DNA of 19,800 bases from a virus. Lineage: Duplodnaviria > Heunggongvirae > Uroviricota > Caudoviricetes. Location: the IMG/VR virus record IMGVR_UViG_2711768043_000001; one strand, 5' to 3'. Both the position numbers and the translations under genes were made by a program. Below are positions 17,043 to 19,800 of the stretch, piece after piece (position 1 is the first letter of the stretch; every line of letters starts with the position of its first letter). The notes beneath the pieces are model-generated. The model was not told where the DNA came from, searched no databases, and worked only from the letters and a program-made list of their open reading frames with translations.

Positions 17043-18087
17043 ATTTCAGCGCCCGACGCTGGCAGAAAATATCAGTATGCTCCGTAACGATTTATTCGCC
17101 TGGCTGGACGTCAGCGACACGCTCCGGCGCATGGATGAAGACGTGCGGGCAAAGGTGTATGCGGCGGCGCTGCATACGGTTTACGGGTACATCGATTATC
17201 TGGCAATGAACATGCTGCCTGACTTGTGCGATGAGTCCTGGCTGGCGCGACATGCTGCGATGAAACGATGTCCGCGCAAGGGGGCCACGGCTGCCAGCGG
17301 GTATATGCGCTGGGAAGGTGTCAGCGATGGCCTGAAGGTGACCGCCGGGAGTGTTATTCAGCGCGATGACCTGGTGCAGTACACGGCAACTGCCGATGCA
17401 ACCAGCTCCGGTGGTGTCCTGCGCGTGCCGATCGCCTGCTCAAGTGCAGGCGCGGTCGGTAACGCTGACGACGGTACGTCATTAATCCTGGTCACGCCGG
17501 TGAATGGTCTGCCGTCTTCCGGCGTGGCAGATACACTGACAGGTGGATTTGATACTGAAGAGCTGGAAACGTGGCGCGCCCGCGTCATTGAGCGGTATTA
17601 CTGGACGCCTCAGGGCGGGGCTGACGGGGACTATGTCGTCTGGGCTAAAGAAGTTCCCGGCATTACCCGCGCATGGACATACCGACACTGGATGGGAACG
17701 GGGACTGTCGGTGTGATGATTGCCAGCAGCGACCTGATTAATCCCATTCCGGAAGAATCAACGGAAACGGCGGCAAGGCTGCATATTGAGCCACTGGCCC
17801 CGGTGGCAGGCTCTGATTTGTATGTGTTCAGGCCGGTGGCGCATACGGTGGATTTTCATATCCGTGTGACGCCGGATACACCAGAAATACGGGCTGCCAT
17901 CACCGCCGAGTTGCGTTCGTTCCTGCTGCGTGATGGTTATCCGCAGGGAGAACTGAAGGTGTCGCGTATCAGTGAAGCGATTTCCGGTGCGAACGGGGAA
18001 TACAGCCATCAGTTGCTTGCACCGGCAGACAATATCTCCATTGCAAAAAATGAACTGGCGGTACTGGGGACGATTTCATGGACGTGA
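17029..18087 (+). CDS. Baseplate wedge protein, J-like (Mu gp47-like)
   Basis: 352-aa ORF in canonical position. It overlaps both neighbours. Confidence 0.8.
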
Positions 18088-18662
18088 CAAACGATGATTA
18101 CATCCGTCTGTTGTCGGCACTGTTGCCCCCCGGTCCGGCGTGGTCAGCCAGCGATCCGGCGATTGCCGGTGCGGCACCGTCATTAACCCGCGTTCATCAG
18201 CGTGCGGATGCCCTGATGCGGGAGCTGGATCCGCGCACCACCACTGAACTGATAAACCGCTGGGAGCGTCTGTGCGGCCTGCCGGATGAATGTATTCCGG
18301 CGGGAACGCAGACCCTTCGCCAGCGTCAGCAACGGCTGGATGCGAAGGTTAATCTGGCGGGCGGCATCAATGAGGATTTTTACCTTGCACAGCTTGCTGC
18401 CCTGGGCAGACCGGATGCCACCATCACGCGATACGATAAAAGCACGTTCACCTGCTCATCTGCCTGTACTGACGCGGTGAATGCGCCGGAATGGCGGTAT
18501 TACTGGCAGGTCAACATGCCAGCCGCCACCAACACCACCTGGATGACATGTGGCGATCCCTGTGATTCCGCGCTGCGTGTCTGGGGCGACACCGTCGTCG
18601 AATGTGTGCTTAACAAACTCTGCCCGTCGCATACCTACGTAATTTTTAAATATCCGGAGTAA
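18078..18662 (+). CDS. Baseplate/tail protein (Mu gp48 / e14 YmfQ-like)
   Basis: 194-aa ORF immediately before the tail fibre gene, as in Mu (gp48) and e14 (ymfQ, which I recall as a similar length). Confidence 0.7.
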   Translation: MDVTNDDYIRLLSALLPPGPAWSASDPAIAGAAPSLTRVHQRADALMRELDPRTTTELINRWERLCGLPDECIPAGTQTLRQRQQRLDAKVNLAGGINEDFYLAQLAALGRPDATITRYDKSTFTCSSACTDAVNAPEWRYYWQVNMPAATNTTWMTCGDPCDSALRVWGDTVVECVLNKLCPSHTYVIFKYPE

Positions 18663-18665
18663 TCC

Positions 18666-19304
18666 ATGCATCGTATAGACACGAAAACCGCGCAGAAGGA
18701 TAAGTTCGGCGCGGGTAAGAACGGTTTTACCCGTGGTAACCCCCAGACAGGCACGCCTGCCACCGATCTGGATGATGACTACTTTGACATGTTGCAGGAG
18801 GAGCTTTGCAGCGTGGTGGAGGCATCCGGTGCCAGCCTGGAGAAGGGGCGGCACGACCAGTTGCTTACCGCGCTTCGTGCGCTGCTGTTAAGCCGCAAGA
18901 ATCCGTTTGGCGATATCAAATCGGATGGCACGGTGAAAACGGCTCTCGAAAACCTTGGTTTGGGGGAATTGGCTCTGGCTGGCGCAACAACCGGCGCTAT
19001 GTTGGTGAATGGGTATGTAGCAATTCCATTAATTATTTCTGGCGTTCGGAGACCACTTATTATCCAGTGGGGAGTGGGGCAGTTTGGGGGAAGTCTGGGG
19101 GATGATGCGGGATATTTAAACAATTTCCCTTTCGCTTTTCCGTCGGCGTGCTACGTGATGGTTGCCAGCCACGTGGGGCATACACCTTCGGGTGCCGGAA
19201 TACTATCTGCCTCCGCAATCACAAAAAGCGGCTTTCGTGGTTTTTCCAGCGTAGCGACTGCCGCAAATCCTGTATCGGGCTGTTATGTTGCTATAGGAGG
19301 GTGA
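18666..19304 (+). CDS. Tail fibre protein, with a constant N-terminal part and a variable C-terminal part inside a putative invertible segment
   Basis: 212-aa ORF after the baseplate genes, Gly/Ala/Ser-rich in its C-terminal part. A gix/hix-like crossover sequence lies inside the gene at 18943..18968, and a tfa gene follows. Confidence 0.7.
   Translation: MHRIDTKTAQKDKFGAGKNGFTRGNPQTGTPATDLDDDYFDMLQEELCSVVEASGASLEKGRHDQLLTALRALLLSRKNPFGDIKSDGTVKTALENLGLGELALAGATTGAMLVNGYVAIPLIISGVRRPLIIQWGVGQFGGSLGDDAGYLNNFPFAFPSACYVMVASHVGHTPSGAGILSASAITKSGFRGFSSVATAANPVSGCYVAIGG
18943..18968 (+). other. Candidate 26-bp recombination (crossover) site for a Gin/Pin/Cin/Hin-family DNA invertase
   Basis: CTCTCGAAAACC|TTGGTTTGGGGGAA has a central AAACC-TT-GGTTT imperfect dyad flanked by TTCC-like ends, resembling Mu gix and Salmonella hix sites as I recall them. 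It lies in the tail fibre gene where the constant and variable parts would meet. Confidence 0.45.
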
Positions 19305-19305
19305 T

Positions 19306-19740
19306 GTGTTTTTTAGTCCATCTTTAAATATTTTTGTGAATCCTGCGCTTAAGGATGACTACATCAATGTAAATTCATGGCCAGATGATGCTGTTGAAGT
19401 TGATGAGCAGGTGTATATTGAGTTTTCCGGATTACCGCCGAAAGGAAAAATCCGTATCGCTGGGGAAAATGGTTTTCCTGCATGGTCTGAAATTCCACCA
19501 CCAACACATGAGGAACAGATTGCCGCAGCCGAATTGAAAAAGCAGCAATTGATTAATCAGTCCAACGAATATATGAATACCAAGCAATGGCCTGGTAAAG
19601 CGGCTATTGGTCGTCTGAAAGGTGAGGAACTGGCGCAATATAATTTGTGGCTGGATTATCTGGACGCACTGGAACTGGTTGATACCTCCAGTGCTCCAGA
19701 TATTGAATGGCCTACGCCTCCGGCAGTTCAGGCCAGATGA
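19306..19740 (+). CDS. Tail fibre assembly protein (Tfa/U-like chaperone)
   Basis: 144-aa ORF with a GTG start overlapping the tail fibre stop. The C-terminal motif NLWLDYLDALELVDTSSAPDIEWPTPP is characteristic of Tfa proteins. Confidence 0.75.
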   Translation: MFFSPSLNIFVNPALKDDYINVNSWPDDAVEVDEQVYIEFSGLPPKGKIRIAGENGFPAWSEIPPPTHEEQIAAAELKKQQLINQSNEYMNTKQWPGKAAIGRLKGEELAQYNLWLDYLDALELVDTSSAPDIEWPTPPAVQAR

Positions 19741-19800
19741 CATCCGGAGCGGTGCTCGTATCTGTTGCCGTCACCGCGTCAATGTAATCAAGCACGGCGT
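19712..19800 (-). CDS. Second tail fibre assembly protein (Tfa'), C-terminal end only; the gene starts beyond the window
   Basis: The reverse-strand frame translates as ...AVLDYIDAVTATDTSTAPDVIWPELPEA then stop, carrying the same Tfa C-terminal motif (DY.DA...DTS.APD..WP). It converges on and overlaps the + strand tfa by 29 nt, as the U/U' genes do in the Mu G segment. Confidence 0.6.
   Translation of the reverse strand, partial: AVLDYIDAVTATDTSTAPDVIWPELPEA

Noticed and set aside
19432-19743. 103-aa - strand ORF inside the tfa gene
   Set aside because: It is in a different frame from the genuine - strand Tfa' C-terminus (stop at 19712..19714) and has no Tfa motif, so it is treated as spurious.
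1-19800. CRISPR arrays, rRNA or complete tRNA genes
   Set aside because: No regularly spaced direct repeats and no rRNA-like or full cloverleaf tRNA-like sequence was seen on either strand. The window is almost entirely protein-coding.

Overview
This window reads as most of the late (virion structural) region of a temperate enterobacterial prophage of the SfV/e14 type: an HK97-type packaging and head module followed by a Mu-type contractile tail and baseplate module, all on the + strand. Order, left to right: HNH endonuclease, small and large terminase, portal, prohead protease, major capsid, head-tail connectors, sheath, tube, frameshifted chaperone, tape measure, Mu gp43-gp48-like baseplate proteins, tail fibre and tail-fibre assembly protein. 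The left edge (1..297) is the terminal part of an IS3-family insertion sequence (IS629/IS1203-like) on the - strand. The right edge enters what looks like a Gin/Pin-type invertible tail-fibre segment, with a gix/hix-like crossover site inside the tail-fibre gene and a convergent, overlapping second tfa gene on the - strand. The most unusual element is a visibly AT-rich single-gene cassette (13073..13603) with its own promoter-like and terminator-like signals, inserted between the tape measure gene and the DNA-circulation/baseplate genes. It encodes an unrecognised 176-aa membrane-anchored protein and is the best candidate here for a novel accessory function such as superinfection exclusion, defence or lysogenic conversion. 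All family assignments come from reading the translated ORFs and gene order by eye; no database search was run.
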